From the NCBI RefSeq assembly GCF_009914755.1, contig NC_060931.1: a stretch of DNA of 64,000 bases. One strand, given 5' to 3'. Source of the stretch: the human T2T-CHM13v2.0 reference genome, Homo sapiens. Below are positions 62,433 through 64,000 of the stretch, piece by piece (positions within the stretch are counted from its first letter, which is position 1; each line of letters starts with the position of its first letter). The position numbers and the translations under genes are program-made. Below the pieces are notes generated by a model. That model saw only the letters and a list, made by a program, of their open reading frames with translations, did not search any database and was not told where the DNA came from.

Positions 62433-64000
62433 ATGTCTAAATCTCTTGCTAGACTTTGGAACTTTTCAGCTATTATTCTGCTAAATAGGTTTTTGAACAC
62501 TTTTGTCCTCTCCTCACCTTCTGAGATAACAAAAATTCATATATCATTTGCTTTATAGTGTCCCATATGTTATGAATGCTTCATTCATTCTTTTTTATTC
62601 TTTGTTTTTTCATTTTTGTCTGACTGGGTTATTTCAAAAGACCTGTCTTCAAGTTCTGAGATTCTTTCTTCTGCTTAATCTATTGTTGGAGCTTTCAAAT
62701 ATATTTTGTAGTTCATTAAATGAACTCTTCAGTTCTAGAATTTCCATTTGCTCTTTTTTATCATATTTTTCTCTTTGGTAAATTTCTCATTCATATCCTG
62801 AATTATTTTTTCTGATTTCTTTGTATTGTTTTTCAGCATTCTCCTGTATCTTGCTGAGCTCCTTTAAAATCAGTATTTTGAATTCTTTTTCTGGGATTTT
62901 GTGAAATTTTTTTGATTGGGATCTGTTGCTGGAGAATTATTTTATTCCTTTGGGGGTGTCATATTTCTTGCTCTTTCATGTTTTCTGTGTCCCTACATAT
63001 CTATGCATCTATGTCTTCTTTGAATTTTTTGAATTTTCTTTTGAGTTTAGGGCTTTTTCCTAAAAATTTATCTATGATGTTTGTTGGGGCCATTTGGCTT
63101 TGATTCTGAATGTGTGCAGTAGTGTAGTCTCTATATGATTTCTTTGCCTACAAACAATGTTAGTGGTATCTGTGATTTCCTCAGTGGCTTAGGGTCATTA
63201 GTGGAGGCTATGGTGGAGATTTTCTGGGAAAAGGGATTGCAGGTAGGTCAGTCTTCAGGCCCAAGTGGTTGCAGCAGTAGGCTGAGTATACCTGTCCTTT
63301 AGCCCCCTGGGTGGTGTATGCTGGCACTGGTGTTAGTTGTCCAGTTGAGCCAATTATCAGGCCTCCACATGTCTTGCCCAGATGCTGGTAATGGCAGTGG
63401 TGAGCCAGGTGGGTGTACTGGTTTTCAGCCCCATGTGCAGACAGCATGGTGTGGGCCATGGCAGTAGCAGTGGTAAGATGACTGTCTTATTCCTGAGCAG
63501 TGCTCACTGGTGTTGGCAGTGGCTGTGATTGGCTGAGCAGACCCCTCCCCGAGCTCCTAGATGGCACATGTGAGTGTGTGTTTGTGCTGTTGGCAGCAAG
63601 GTGAGTGGGCCCATCTTCAGGTTCCTAGGGGGATAAAATAGATGGTATAGGTGGTGGAATAGATAGAATAATCACCAAGTCCTTGGGTGGTGTGCTCAGG
63701 CTTGGAGGTGTGGTGCCAATTTGGGAGTGTCTGTCCTCAGGCGCCTGATGGTGTGCAGGGGGATAGGCTGTAGTAGGCAGGTTGAGACAGTCTGTGATGG
63801 TTGGTGTGGATACCTGACCTTAGGGCTTGTACTAGAAAGCATAGTGGCCCTGCTGTTTGTATGGGTAGGTTGCTATCAGCAGTCTCCTACAAGCAGCTCT
63901 CAGGCTCTGGGAAGTGAATATTTAATCTCTGGCAGCAGCAGTGACTGCAGTGGTGAGTGTGAGGAGCCTGATTTGAGGATGTGCACTAGAGTACAGAACC

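Overview
This is AT-rich, repeat-dense primate genomic DNA, most likely human. By recall (not a search) it is the chr7p21 TAS2R2 locus. There is no intact cellular protein-coding gene. The main contents are: (1) the single-exon bitter-taste receptor TAS2R2/TAS2R2P (36124-37033, +), whose only visible lesion is a 2-nt frameshift at codon ~150; (2) a full-length SSB/La processed pseudogene with TSDs and a long CpG-rich 5' leader (15885-17769); (3) a 5'-truncated PSIP1/LEDGF-p75 retrocopy that the ORF track misses, split by an L1PA, an AluSc and a MER1A (~51015-54520); (4) a full-length L1PA2/3 with intact ORF1 and dead ORF2; (5) a complete THE1 MaLR element nested in an old near-full-length L1MA; (6) many Alu, MIR, L1, LTR and hAT fossils. 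The most unusual unexplained structure lies 4-7 kb upstream of TAS2R2: a nearly perfect 7 x 145-bp tandem array (29917-30931) bracketed by an older ~165-bp direct repeat. A palindromic CTCF motif lies between TAS2R2 and the L1 antisense promoter. I see no proven new biological system. The best candidate is a copy-number-variable regulatory module next to a segregating taste-receptor pseudogene, and that is inference. Repeat subfamily names come from remembered consensus sequences.
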